A DNA stretch of 64,000 nucleotides from Blastocystis sp. Blastoise (GCA_039096225.1 JBBPEB010000026.1:496001-560000), one strand, 5' to 3'. Numbered from the stretch's first letter, positions 26,794-41,707 are shown. Numbers and translations: made by a program. The notes: generated by a model from the letters alone, not told the origin.

Positions 26794-29305
26794 CTACCGA
26801 TAATACTCTTCTTCATCAAATTCTTCATCATTGTCATCATCATATTTGTTTGTGGAATTTCGTGGTTGACTCGCATACCAAAATCCATCATCCATTCCGT
26901 TCATTGCGTCCATAGGAAAACCAATTTCTTCTTCATCACTATCTAGTTTACATGATAAGAGAGCTGGAGTTGTCTGAGGAGTTGGTTTAGAAGGGGTCAT
27001 AGGAGAATGAGACAAAAAAGATAAATATAAGGGACTATTTTTCAAATCTACTGATGAAGAGGAAATAGAAGCATGTTTAGAATTAATATTTAAATTTAAA
27101 TTACATTTTGATGAATCAGAATTATTTGATAAAGCGTTTTGATCTTGTTTTATAGAATGAGTATCTTGTACAGAATCATAAGAAGTTTTATAAAACCTTG
27201 AGTCAATTTCTGACTCAATTTCAGGATTATCTGTTATATTATTAGGATAAGAAGACTTTTTATTAATGTTTTCATTAGATTGTTTATGTAAAGATTGTTT
27301 TAAATAGGAAGTATATTGATTTTTGATTTTTTTAATATATTCAGATGTCGATAAATTAGTATCTGATTGTTCATTAGAACTTTTTGTTAATGATGAAGTT
27401 GATCCAATAGGTTGATCTAGCCATAGAGTATTTGGATGTGTATAAATCTTTATATTTTCAAATGATTGATTTGATGGATTTAAATAGAATGAAGAATAAT
27501 GATTTGGATCTTGAATAAATGTAGAAATAGATGGAAAAGATAAAAAATTTGAAGGTGTTTGAATTTCTTTTTGACACCAAGGGTGTAATAATATAGAAAG
27601 TGTATCAGGTCTTTTTAAGGGATCTCGATTCAATAATAATGATATTAAATCAACTAAATCTATATATAATCATTATTATAATGTTATATATTCAGTATTT
27701 AATTGTATAAAAGAATTTATGAATGAAATATCATAAATATATGTAAATATATAGATAAAAATCTATATATATTCATATAATTACAATAGTATTAGAATTT
27801 AGAATATACCTTTTGAACAAGGAATAGGAATATCGATATTTTGTGTAGATATATATTCATAGAATTCTTTTTTATTATCACAATTACATAAACTAGAACC
27901 TATAATCATTTCATATAATACTACACCCAAACTCCATATATCTGCTTTATAACCATCATACCCCGCGGGAATCGGCTCTAAAACTTCAGGCGCAGAATAA
28001 CGAGGAGTACCTATATATTAATTTTTATTATTATTGTTTTTATTATTGTGTATTTTTATTATCATTATAAATATGTTTATTATAATTATAAATATTTTTA
28101 TTGTTATTATTAATAGATATGAAAATGAATGAGATGTTAATAGAATAAAAGAATTCAAAAATAATATGAAATATATATAATAATATTGACTTTATTTGAA
28201 TGCAGAATAGTTTAGAATAATAAAAGTATATAAATATAAAGTAATAATATATTCTTACCAATAAATGAATGACATAATGATGATAAAGCCACAGAGCGCG
28301 ATAAACCAAAATCAATAATTACAATACGACCTTTATATATATATAGAATAATATATATTTATTATAATACTAACAATATTATATTTATATATTATAGATA
28401 TATTAATCATGAAAATAGATAATATAATTATATTAAAATATATATTTATTAAATAATATTTAAAAAAAATATAATTATAGAATAAAAATTACATATAATA
28501 ATATAAAAAAATAACATATAATCATAGAATAAACTATTTTCATACCTGTATGTTCTATAAGTATATTCGATAATTTAATATCTCGATGAATAAAATGATT
28601 TGTATGTAATATATGAATTCCCATAATTATTTGAACAAAAAAATAGCGAGCTTCTTCTTCACTTAACTATATATATATTATTCTTAATAATCTATGAAAT
28701 ATAATATATATATATAATATACATTTCTTAATAATCTATAGAATAGAATATAATATAATATATACATTATTTCTTATAGATACAAAATCTAAGAAGTCAT
28801 GGCATGTATTTATAGATTCAATAAATTCCATAATAACAAAAATATGTTTTTCAGTTTCAATAGCATCAATTAATCTATAATAAAAATAATAGTCATGACA
28901 ATTATTGAATACTATAAATACCTCACAATATGTTGACTTTTGACTGATTTGATAACCATCAATTCACGTAAGACACGTATTACCCATCGAGGTATGCTTT
29001 CATCACAATTTATTTCCTTATTATATATTTTTGCAGCAAATGTCTTTCGATCGGCAACTCTTTGAATTTTTAAAACACTTGCCGATGCGCCATAACCAGC
29101 AAAACTGCCCATAGAATACTAAATATATGTAATAAAAAAGTTCTACAAAAAAAAGAAAAAATACTTCTTGATAAAACTTTGTTTCTGAAAGTTGTCTTGT
29201 TAGATCATTTAAAAATTGCTGATTCTCCTCTTCTGTCGTATAGGGAAGAATAAAGGTATCCTCATAGTCCGAAAAAGAATCAATTTCATATGAGAAAATC
29301 TTCAT
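26794..29305 (-). CDS. Ser/Thr protein kinase, CAMK-group-like, with Ser-rich C-terminal tail; start codon uncertain
   Basis: [46 protein letters not shown] across 6 GT-AG introns. Confidence 0.9.
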
Positions 29306-29971
29306 AATCAACTGAATCCTCGTAACACCAAGACGGAAAGTGTGATTTTCAAATAAGTATTCAAAAGCTGATAGTAATCGTCTGATTAAATGATATTTTT
29401 ATAATTTTAAATCGAGTTTCTCCTTTTTGAAAATTCGTATTATCCCCATGATTCTAAATAGAAAACACTGTATAATTTTCATTTCTGAATTATGTTTCTA
29501 AAATAGTCTTTTCTTTTATTTATTTGTCTAAACATCATTATGCATTTATTTTTATCAACTCCGACATATTTAAGTGTCATTCAAAATAGAGTATGAAATA
29601 CAAACAAATTACAACTGAAAAGAGTAATCAAGGTTTATATAAGTCACTACACAAAGTAAATTCACACATAGTTTTTTCATACTATAGTTTTTATCATAAA
29701 AACAACGAAAATATTAGTTGATTAGTTGATTCCATATAAATATCCTTATTCTTTTCTTTTACTATGAATCTATATACTGTACATTCTCTTCTACATTATG
29801 AATTTATACACAAATATCTTAAAATATAGAGAATAACAGCAAACAAACAAAAGAACAACGAAAACCATGGTTTTCACAAATTGATTTCTTTTTATCACTT
29901 TTCTATCTCAATAAGAAGTACATGTTATACATAACACAGCAATTGTTCTTATACTTCTATAGATTTATACA

Positions 29972-31546
29972 ATGTCTGCATTTAGAAAACGAACTGATGG
30001 AATTTCAAATGTTCCTGTAAAAATGAAGGGTATAAAATCATGGATTTATGGTCAGAATCTTATTTCAACTGGTTCAAATGACTTAAATAAAATATTAAAT
30101 GGTGGATATATATTAGGTTCAATTGGTTTATTGGAAGAAGATATCTTATTAAATCAGAAAGAAACTTTAATTAAACTGAGTTATGCTGAGGCTACAACTT
30201 TTGAGCAAAATGTTCTTATATTTAGTTCAAAATCGCGCAATTCATTACATGATTTTTATTCTAAATCTGTATCTAAAATTGAGATCAAAGCAGCTACAGC
30301 TCCGCAAGCAGTACAACCTCGTGAACAGGTATTCTTTCTTTTTTTATTATTACTTATAAGTCTATTTTTTTTTCTAATAAAGAAAGGTAACTTATCACAA
30401 TTACAAATAGCATGGCAATATAAAAGATACTTAGCTGAAAATAAGTGTATATATTTGTATATATAATAAATTACAAATAATATATATATAGTGGTATATA
30501 ATGCACCAGTAGAATCTTCTTATAATAACAGTTACGATTTAAGTAAAACTGAAGAAGTTCTTTTAGAATCGAGTTCATCAAGGGTTTCTCTATATAGTTT
30601 AGAAGATATTTCTTCAACGGTTCTTCTTGAACATGAAGATAAGATTCTTATAAATAAAGATTTAACTGTTTTTATGAATAATATATTAATTCTTATACAA
30701 AATTTTATACAAAAATGTAAAAGGTATATTTTTGTATTGGTTTATACACAATATAATATATATATAATAAATATATATATAGTGAGAATAAAGTGGGACG
30801 TATATTTATAGAGAATTTTATGGATTATAAATGGCAATATATATGTTCAGTATATATATATTTATAATTCTATCCTATATATCCTATTTTGTTCCTATAC
30901 TAGTTATTATAAACTATTTTTATTATTATATATATAGGACATTGATTTATTATATATGTTCATTAATGATATCAAGTTATTTATTAGAAACTCTTCGTGC
31001 TTCTTATTAATTACAACAGCTTTTCAAAATCAAGATAATCAATTATATAAACATAATATATCAAATATTCTAAGACATAATACAGATTATTGTATGTCTT
31101 TAGAAGCATGGAAAGGTATATTTATTGTTATTTATTGTTATTGTGTTTTTATTGTTATTTTTATATTTATTTTTATTTATTTATTTTTATTTATTTATTT
31201 CTATTTCCTTCTTTACAAATATTTTAATAAAATTCTTTGACATAACATAAATAAAAAAATATATATATACAAATGAATCTATTATTATTACTATAAAGAT
31301 AATATTCCTCCAAGTGAATTTGAAAAAACTATTGGATTGTTTAGATTAAGTCGTGTAGCTTCTTTAATGTCTTTCTATACATCACTTCCTACTGTATATA
31401 TATATGGAGTTGAACGTAATTTAAGATCGATTAAAATCAGTGAACTTCATCTTCCTCCTGCTGATGCTGTTTCATCAGAAGATAAAAAGAAATTTGAACA
31501 AATGAATCAAATTGGTATTGGATGTTCTGGCGCCTATCAATTCTAA
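29972..31546 (+). CDS. ELP4: Elongator complex subunit 4 (5 introns)
   Basis: ISTGSNDLNKILNGGYILGSIGLLEED, LQIAWQY, SYDLSK, ELHLPP, C-terminal GC...F. Confidence 0.88.
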
Positions 31547-31787
31547 ATTATATATTTGTGTTATTGTTTATTGTCTATAGAATCTTTTAATATATCAAAG
31601 TGTTTCTCGTTGTGTTTGACATATATATTTGATTTTATAATTAATTTATTTTGAAAAATTACTTTTTAATTATATAAAACAATATTAAAAAAAAATTTCA
31701 CACATAACTTAAAATCAGAAATACTGAAAATAATTAAGCAAACAGTATTCATTTTTCATGGTTTTACTTTTCTATTGATATTCAACT

Positions 31788-34174
31788 ATGTTTAGATTCT
31801 CAAAAGTCGCTACTAAGTAACAATTCTATATTTACTAATGTTTCTAATGATCTCTATACAATAAACTTCCTGAATTTGTTCGTGCTACATCGACAAAAAC
31901 CAAAAAACCATCTAAAAGAGGTTTTGTATTTTATACTGGTCTTGCAATTGCTGGTGGTGTTGTCTATTGGTCATGGGATACTATAAGAGCTACTGCTCCT
32001 TATGCTTGGTGTGTAGATGCATCTATGCCTATGATGAGAATGTTAAATCCAGAGATGGCTCATAAAGCTGGTGTTCTTGCTGCCAAATATCATTTATCAC
32101 CTATTGATAAATCGTATTATCCTGAATTATCAACTGATGCTTGTGGAATGCATTTTCCTAATTGCGTTGGTTTAGCTGCAGGTTTTGATAAAAATGCCGT
32201 TGTATATGTTTTGAAATTCATCTTTAATTTGTAGAATAGCGATACATTTAATAATAATAATTATTATTATTATTATGATCTATTTTCTTAATGTTTAATG
32301 GTATAATAATATATATAACTCTATAGGCTATTAATTCTCTTCATGAAGCAGGATTTGGTTTTATTGAAGTTGGTGGAGTTACTCCTAAAGCTCAACCTGG
32401 TAACCCTTCACCACGAATGTTTAGACTCTCTGAATATGGAGGTATTATTAATAGGTATATATATATTTATATATATTTATTATTATACTTGTTATTATTA
32501 TTATTATATATTATTTATTATTCATATTATTTGTAGTGATTTTTATTTGTTTTTTTTTTGTATAATATATATTAAATACATATAAAATCTAAAGAATAAG
32601 ATAGATAAATGCATATTATATACTATATAATAATAATATAAATAACTACATAATATATATATAGATTTGGTTTAAATAATGAGGGTCATACTCGTGTTGT
32701 TCCTCGCTTACGTACATGGTATGATAAATACCATGGGAAAACAGGTCTTTTAGGGGTGAATTTAGCTGAAAATAAAGGAACTGAAGATTCAGTGAATGAT
32801 TATGTTCAAGGTATAAATTAAAATACTATAAGAATTAAGATATTTAATAGACTATTATTTATTCATGTTTTTTCAATTTATTTTTTTTTTAATTCTTATA
32901 TATGTTTTTAGAATATTAGTTGATATATATATATACTATTTTTAGAATATAATTGATATATTAATATATATATAAAACTATTAATATAAATCTATATAGG
33001 TATTAAGAATTTAGGACCTTATAGTGATTTTGTTGTTATTAATGTTTCTTGTCCTAACCAAGTTGGTATATATATGTTTATATTCATATTTATATTAATA
33101 TAAACATTAATATTAGTAATTCCTATATATATATAATAATAATATAGGTACTCTTGAATTACAAGCAAAAGAACATTTAGAGTCTATTATTAAAGCTGTA
33201 TATTATATAATATAATAATAAATATATGAATACTATTATAAATATATTTTATAGGCAATAAACACTATAGAAAATTCATTCATTACAAATAAGCCACGCT
33301 TATTAATTAAATTATCACCAGATTTAACTTATGAACAAAAACATATCTTTTCTTATTATTATTATAGAATATAATTTTTATTTTCTATATATATCGTTTT
33401 CTTTTTTATTAATATATCTATATAAAGTCTTAATGGTTATAATTTATTTATTTACCTAATTCTTTTTTTTTAAATCTATATATATCTCTATATTTTTTCT
33501 TTAATATATATACAAGAAATATCTTCGATATTATTACAATATCCTATAGATGGTATAGTAGTAAGTAATACTACTACTACTCGTCCTGAGTATATTAAAG
33601 ATCCTGCTCTTCAAGAAAAAGGTGGACTTAGTGGTACTCCTGTTAAAGAATTATCTACACAATCTATTAAAGATATGTATAATATATATATTCTTATCTG
33701 AATGATTTAGTATTCATTATTATTTTATATAAAAAATATAACTTTATATATTATAGGTATTATTTAACTAAGGGAAAAATTAATATTATTGGTGTTGGTG
33801 GTATCTCTAATGCTCAAGATGCTTATGAGAAAATAAAGGCAGGTGCTTCCGTTGTTGAAGTTTATACTGCTCTTGTTTATAATGGTAAATAATTGTTTTT
33901 TTTAAGAATTATTATTATTATTTATAGAATATATATTATTATTATACTTATTATTATAATATTTATTATTATTATACTTATTATTATTATTATTATTATA
34001 CTTATTATTATTATTATTATTTTTAAATTTTATTTTTGTAAAATATATAAAATTATATCTTTAATAGGTATTGGATTAGTTGCTTCTATTAAGAAAGATC
34101 TAGCAACTCTTTTAGCTGAAGATGGATTTGAACATGTTTCTCAAGCTGTTGGAAAAGATGTCCCATTAGACTAA
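31788..34174 (+). CDS. DHODH: Dihydroorotate dehydrogenase, class 2 (quinone-type, N-terminal targeting/TM segment), 9 introns including one AT-AC
   Basis: [99 protein letters not shown]. Confidence 0.96.
33343..33513 (+). other. U12-type AT-AC intron in DHODH
   Basis: 5'SS ATATCTTTT; branch-like TTTCTTTAAT just upstream of ...TATAC; removal restores [30 protein letters not shown]. Confidence 0.9.
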
Positions 34175-34623
34175 TCTCATTTCTCCAAAAGTAACAAAAT
34201 GGATCTTCATTGTTATATACTTATTTTTAATAGTTTTTTTATTGTACATTCATTCTTTTTTCTTCTTATTGGATTCCAATTATGATATTCATATTATAGT
34301 TACGAATTTTGAAATGTATATATATAAATTATTCGTAAAATAAAACACTTTATACACAAAATCACATTTAATAACTTTTGATCAACTGCTCAAATCTAAA
34401 ATCTATATATCTATATTCAATAGAATTAATACTCATATAAAATTAAAAATACATTTATATAAACTTATAAAAACCATGTCTACAAAAAAAATAGATAAAA
34501 ATTTCTTTCAGCTCATTTTTTTCGTTTAGAAAAAGAAAAAAATCGTGATTTTTTCTCACAATTACAAAATGACATCATTTTTATAATATTCTTATTTTAA
34601 TTCATTATACATTGGTTTAAAAC

Positions 34624-35414
34624 ATGAGTGCTCTTGCTTTTGAAGCCTTATCTGTTGTTGTTGTCTCTATTATCGTTTCTCTTCTTATTGAAGCACTTTC
34701 ATGGTTTTTTATATACAGAAAGAGTGATTATAAGCGTTTAACTAGAGAAATCAAAAAGATGAATGAAGATTTAAATTTATTACAATCAAAGAAAGTATCT
34801 CCTTCTGAACAAAAGAAACATGATAAAACTGTTCAAAAGATGAAAGATGACTTAAAGGTGAGTAATTATATTTTTTATTTTTATTTTTATTTTATTTTTA
34901 TTTTATTTTTATTTTTATTTTTATTTTATTTTATTTTTATTTTTATATATAGAATAAGAATCAACATCTTAGTTCTAAGAATATGGGATCTAATGTTATT
35001 ATTACTGTTGCTAACTTTATGTTCTTTGGTGTTGTTACTTCATTATATGATGGTATTCGTGTAGCTAAACTTCCGTTTACTCCTTTTGGTTTATTTAGTG
35101 GTATGACTCATAAAAATTTACTTGGAAAAGATTTTACTGATTGCTCTATGGTATATATTTATATATATATTATTATTATAAAATCATGTCTATTTAATGT
35201 TATATATATATAGAATGGACTTTATTTCATATGTAATATGGGAATTAGACCTGTTGTATATATATATATATATAAGTATTTCAAAAGAATATATAGCAAT
35301 ATATAAAAATCATATAAATAGATAAAAGCTTTATTTGGTCATTCTGCCCCTCGTTCTCAACAATCGATGTTCCCTTCTATGGATGAAGTAGAAGAAAAGA
35401 TGAAGAATGAATAA
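34624..35414 (+). CDS. TMCO1: TMCO1 (EMC3/TMCO1 family ER membrane protein), 3 introns
   Basis: EALSWFFIYRKSDYKRL, YDGIRVAKLPFTPFGLFSGMTHKNLLGKDFTDCS, LYFICNMGIRP..IKALFGHSAPR. Confidence 0.92.
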
Positions 35415-35983
35415 ACAAACCTAATAATATATTTATAATTCATATTATTTAAAGAACATCTATATTATTATAGTTGTTATACATTTATATATATATATAT
35501 ATATTTTTTTTTAAATAAATTTCCTTTTTCTAGAAACTATATATAAATTTTATATGGGGTAGATTCTATTTGATGTATACAAATTTGTTTATTTTTTTAT
35601 AGTGTATCATCTACATTACATTTTCAAGTCATTTATTCTTTTCAATATCTATCTATACAATATACATTATCATAAATTATAAAATAATAGTTTTTCTTTT
35701 ATACAGAAATTATAATTTTATAAAATAATAATTATTAAAAAAATGAACATGTGTTTCTTATCCAATCTATTTAAAAACTGTCTTTATAATGAAAATTTTT
35801 AAAAAAATCGTTTTAAAAAATGGATGATTTCTTATATGAATTACGGTTATTTCACATTTAACAGTAAATATCTAAATATAATCAAGGTTTTCTTTTAAGA
35901 TAGAACCATATTTATTTTGGTTATACATATCTAAGTAAATAAAAATATATAAATCTTCATTCTTAATATAAACAATCCTTTCC

Positions 35984-37010
35984 ATGCCTGGGAGTGTAGA
36001 TATGAATAAACCAGATACGGTTGTATTACAAACAAAAAGACATAATAGTGATACGTCTCAGCTAGACTCTGTTTCTATTGATGGATCTCGTATTACAGAG
36101 AGTACACCTGCTATTTCTCAGAATGAATCGTTAAGTCATCATACAACACCTGATTCTAATGGTACAGCCTTTAATGTTTGGACTGAATGGATGAAAGTAA
36201 TTGATCCTAAAACTAATAGACATTATTATTATAATAAGAAAACAAGAGAAACTACATGGAAGAATCCTGTGAAATATCCACCTGTATGTTGTTTTTTGTT
36301 GGTTTATTCTGATACTTTTACATTTTTATTTTATATATTTTATTTTTTTAATTGATTTCATTATATTCTTTAGCAATCAAAAGAACAAGAACAATTAGAA
36401 ATTACAGATGATGCTGTTTGGTTTGAAGTTTTAGATAAAAATACAGGCGCTTTTTATTATTTTAATAAAGCTACAAGAGAAACAACATGGGAAGCACCTA
36501 AAAATGCAGTTATTATTCGTGGAAATCCTTCACAACCATCAGAATCATCAAAACCACCTACAATGGGATCAAAAACTCAAATTTTAATTAAACCAAGTTC
36601 TTCTGAAATAGGAAAATCAAATACTTCAAGTAATGAGAAAAATAGAAAAGAAGCAATTGATTCTATTCGTGAAGCTGTTTTTGATCGAAAAACTATTCGA
36701 ACTGATAATGGTCAAACAATAAAATTAGAAAGTAATTTAGATGAAGATGATGAAAAGTATATATTATTTTATGTTTTTAATGTTTTTTAATGTTTTTTAA
36801 TGTTTGTTTTTTATTGTTTTCTTTTATTATTAATATATGTTATCATTTTTATTATATTAATATAGAATGAATCCTGTATTACCAATAAAAAAACAATATT
36901 TATTTTATTCTTATGCTAAGAAACATTTTAATCTTCATCGAAAAGGCTTATTTAAATCACCAACTTCAATTGATAAAGCTATTTCTTGGAAACCAGTATA
37001 TATATATATG

Positions 37011-37093
<83 letters not shown>

Positions 37094-37725
37094 CTAGATT
37101 CCTATAAAGACTCCATTATTAGAATTAAATAGTTCTTTAAAACATGATGCAGTATTATTAAATAAATTAATAAAACGATTTACCAATGGACATAAAAGTG
37201 AACAAGAACAATATTCATTATTACAACGTATTATTGGAATAGTATTACAAGGCCCACGTGAGATGATTGATGAACTTTATTGTCAAATTATGAAAGAACT
37301 CACAAAATGTCCAAAGTATATATATATATATACTATATAATATGAAATATATATTATATACTATATACTATATATTATATAGAGGTTTTTTAATAAATAC
37401 GTGGAAGTTATTTTCCGTTGTTTCTGGATCTGTAATACCAACAGAAGAGTTATATCCTTATATACAATATTATGCTGTTAAGCAACAAGATAACGAGAGT
37501 GAATCGACGAAGTATGCGTCATATGTCAGTAATCGATTGAATAAATGTCTAGCTCTAGGAAGAAGAATTGAAATACCCACTATCGCTGAATTAGCAGCTA
37601 CATTAGTATATATATATTATTTATTTATATATTATTCCTTATAATTCTTTTTTAATTATTCTAATTCTTATTATTATTGATTAGTTTTTTTTTGGATAGA
37701 TACTTTATTATATATAATTTTTCAA

Positions 37726-37761
<36 letters not shown>

Positions 37762-39493
37762 ATAAATAATTGTATCATAATACTTTCATTATATATATAT
37801 ATATTAGAATCAAGAAAAAGTTTTAGTACGTTTTTATTTATTGGATGAGAGTTTTGTTACTATACCATGTGACTCATGCACGTGCGTTGAGGATATATGT
37901 AACAGAATGGTTAAAAAATTAAAATTAGAAACAGATGGTCCTCTTTTTAGTTTATATGAAATTATGCGTGATTTAAGTTGTATATATATATTAATATTAT
38001 TCTTCTTATTATAATTATTATATTTATTATATATATTATTATGTTTATTATTATATTTATTATTACATTTATTATATATATTACGTTTATATATATATAT
38101 TTATTATTATTATTATAATTATCATAAATATTATTATGCTTATACTTATGTTCATTATTCTATAGCTGAAAGATTATTAAGTCCAAAAGAGCGTATATTA
38201 GATGTGGTTCGAAATTGGCAAAATCAATATATAGGAGAGAATGAATCAGAATATGATGGAGGTTATACATTCCAATTTATATTTAAAGCAGTTTTATATG
38301 TAGATATTAATCCAAATATAAAACCTTCACTTTATCTTATATATACTCAAGTATATACTATATATTATTTATATATATATAATGTTTAGTGAATAATAAA
38401 ATAATATATATATATAATTCATTTTTTAGTTAATATAAAAAATTATATATATATAATTCATTTTTAGTTTATATAAGAAATAATATATATATAGGGTGTT
38501 TTTGATGTAACAAATGATCATTATCGTTGTTCTAGAGATGATGATTTTTATACTTTAGCTGCTTTAGCCCTTCAAGTACGTTTTGGAGATTATACTGGAT
38601 TAGATCAAGATATATCGTATATATATATTATATATATATTATTATTATTCATATTTTTTTATTTTTATTTTTAATTTTATTTTTTTTTTCATATTATTAG
38701 AATTATTATTAATATTAATATTGTATTCATTATGAATTATTATTATTATTATATAAATATAAAGTGAGTATGTAAGAGATGTTATACCGATGTCATTAAT
38801 GAAAGATGAAGCAACTTTTAAAGAAACAAAAACATATGTTATGACTCTTTATTCTAAATTACAAGGATATTCATGGGAAGAATCTATTCTTGCCTATTTA
38901 GATTATATAAAATCATGGGAATTATATGGTTGCTATTATTTCTTTTTAGAAGTATATATATAAATGTTTATGAACATATTTAAATGATTATAAATGAATA
39001 TATATATATATATATATATAGCCTTCCGATCGAAATGACTTCCCCGCATCTTGTTTTTTGGCGGTAGGACCACGCGGGATTATTATTGGAGATGCAGAAA
39101 CCAATGTATATATATAATAATAATTATTATTATTATTATTTCTATAATACTGATATAAATTTATTAATATATATTTACTATTCACTATAATAATAACATA
39201 ATAATAATAATTATTATTATTATTTCTATAATACTGATATATATCTATTAATATATATTTACTATTAATTATAGTAATAATACATCTATATATAGGCAAT
39301 ATTACGTACTATTCCTTATTCTTCTATTCCTTCTTGGGGATATAGTGCACAAGCATTTGTTATGCATGTAGGTACATTAGTACAACAAGAAAAAATGATA
39401 TTCTTAACTATACAAGGACAAGAAATTAATAATTTAATGAATAGTTATATGCAATATTTAGTTAGTCATAAATCACAATCTACAGTATTCTAA
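35984..39493 (+). CDS. WW-WW-MyTH4-FERM scaffold protein without motor domain (10 introns)
   Basis: Two WW domains (WMKVIDPKTNRHYYYNKKTRETTWKNP; WFEVLDKNTGAFYYFNKATRETTWEAP), MyTH4 (DELYCQIMKELTKCP, RRIEIPT..E), FERM (LAALALQVRFGD, YLDYIKSWELYGCYYF, IPSWG); stop 39491-39493. Confidence 0.87.
37014..37091. repeat. Intronic (ATT)n microsatellite filling most of an intron
   Basis: Perfect ATT run between GTATATA and TATCTAG. Confidence 0.95.
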
Positions 39494-40690
39494 ATTAGTA
39501 TGTTATTCTATTCTTATATTTAAATAGAATATATATTTATATATATAAAATGTATATCAATTATCGATATGTATTGTTGGTTTTGTCACATGGTTATATA
39601 TATATTTATTTTTCGATATATTTTAATTTTATTAAATCAATATACATATGATATTCTCTCTTTATATTAAGAATTTCACTATATATCTATTTTTATCATC
39701 TTCTATCACTATTATTTATTCATTCTTTTGCAATAATTATTAATTATTACATTTATATATAAAAAATCCTTTTCATTTTTTCATTTTCTTCTTTTTTGAT
39801 TTCTTTTTTTTTATTCTCTACTGATAGTTTTTCTATATTTTCGTAATGTTATGAATAGAAACGTTTTTTTTAAGTGTTTTCTGTTGTTTTTCAATACAAT
39901 ATTCCTCTCATCACTACAGAATACGAACATATATATAATTAAAAGCATCTTTTCACAAATACTATTTGATCCTCATAGTTTACAAACATGTATAACGCAC
40001 AAAAACATATATATTATAGAAACTTCTAGATTTTCTTCAATTTATTTCTCAAAATCCTATAATTCATGACCAGAGTCATCTGATTTATACATCAGCACTA
40101 ACACATAAAATACTATCTGAGAAATCTATATAATTACAGTGAAAAAGAAATTAAAAACTGAACACAAATGAATAAAAACATTTGAATGCATATAATTTAT
40201 CATTATTCCATGGCTGAGTCATTATAAAAGAAGTGATACCTAATTATATAGTTACATATAATAATATCACCTAATAATGAAATCAAAACGAAACTTATTT
40301 CATTTCTTATTATATCTAGTATATGAGAAGCTTGCTAAAAATAACCTTAATGAAATAAAAGAATAATTTACAAAGTGAACGAATAAACGAAAAAGTTAAA
40401 CATATTATCGGAAAAACGCCTAAATGAATCGAGAACTCTTATAAGTTACCTATAATTTGAATTATTTCAATGGGAATTCGATAAGTTAATCTTCCAATGA
40501 AAATGAGTATTTCAGAAACACAAGAAAATAAATGTCAAATAAAAAAACAAAATTTATTTCCATTAATAAATCTCTTATTCTTCTGAGAAAAACTATTATC
40601 CCCTTGGAAATAAATGAGATTCATGATTTTTGAATTTTTTTTGTCTTTCATAGCATATTGTACTCTAGAAGTCTTGTAATCTGTGTAAAT

Positions 40691-41707
40691 ATGACACAGT
40701 TCTTTATTTCTATTCTAATATTGTTTGGTATATTTTATTTTGTTATTTTTTATAGACGTCTATAGTCATTGTCATTTATGCTTGTCCTTTAAAATCACAA
40801 TATGAGTTGACAATTAAGCGACAGTATGGTGATCAGTCTGATGATGAACAACTAGTTATTATTAATGGAATAAAAACAACTGGAACAACCGTTGCGACTT
40901 TATCTGGATACAATCATACTTTTGAATTAGTTTCAAACACATACTGCGTTGATCCTGGAATTCTAACATTCATAGCATCTTCAGTGTATATACATTATAT
41001 ATATATTTTAATTTATATTTTTTTAAATTCTTAATTTTTATTTAATTATATATATATTATATATAGAGATATTGATGGATGGCATGGAGGATCTCACTTT
41101 TCTGTTTATGCTCAAAATAATTTTATTTTTTCTGATTATTTAATTAATGAACGTTCTCATCAATGGGCTATAGCCTGTATGTAGTTTAGATATATTTAAT
41201 ATGATATTTTATTTATGCTATTATTTTATTTTTATTTTATTTTATTTTATTATTTTATTATTATATTAAATTATTATTATTATTATTTTATTATTATTTA
41301 TTATTATTTTATTATTATTTTTTAAAATATTATTAATTGATACATTATAATAATTACCCTATATTATATTACTTTTATTCTAGTATATTCTTTAATGGAT
41401 TCAACATCTAATTGGAGATATACAAATTCTATTCAAACTACTACTATATGGACCTCACCTTTTTATTCAGATTCAATATGGTCATTATATTCATCTAATT
41501 TTTTCCCTACTCTTTCTCAATATACTCGTTATTATCGTTTTTCTATTATTTTACCTACTACGTCAATTCCTGTGAAAATAATTAAATTATTTTTATATTG
41601 TACAAAAGGAATATATTTATATATAAATGGTAATTTTGTATATACAGATATTCAATATAATAATCAAAATAATAATGAACTATACTCATTAAATAATAAT
41701 AATAATA

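Noticed and set aside
28725-28737. Possible 13-nt microexon (AG|ATTATTAAGAAAT|GT, minus strand) in a kinase intron
   Set aside because: Not a multiple of 3, the flanking exons already join in frame, and it is part of a local duplication.
29306-29482. Open frame upstream of the kinase interrupted by one TAA (possible readthrough or recoding)
   Set aside because: TAA terminates most genes in the window and no conserved domain contains an in-frame stop; a 5' UTR or ordinary GT-AG intron explains it.
39494-40690. 1.2-kb spacer with a 72-aa ORF (39851-40069), and similarly 54632-54814
   Set aside because: No recognisable domain, codon bias or splice structure; no tRNA, rRNA or snRNA recognisable by eye.
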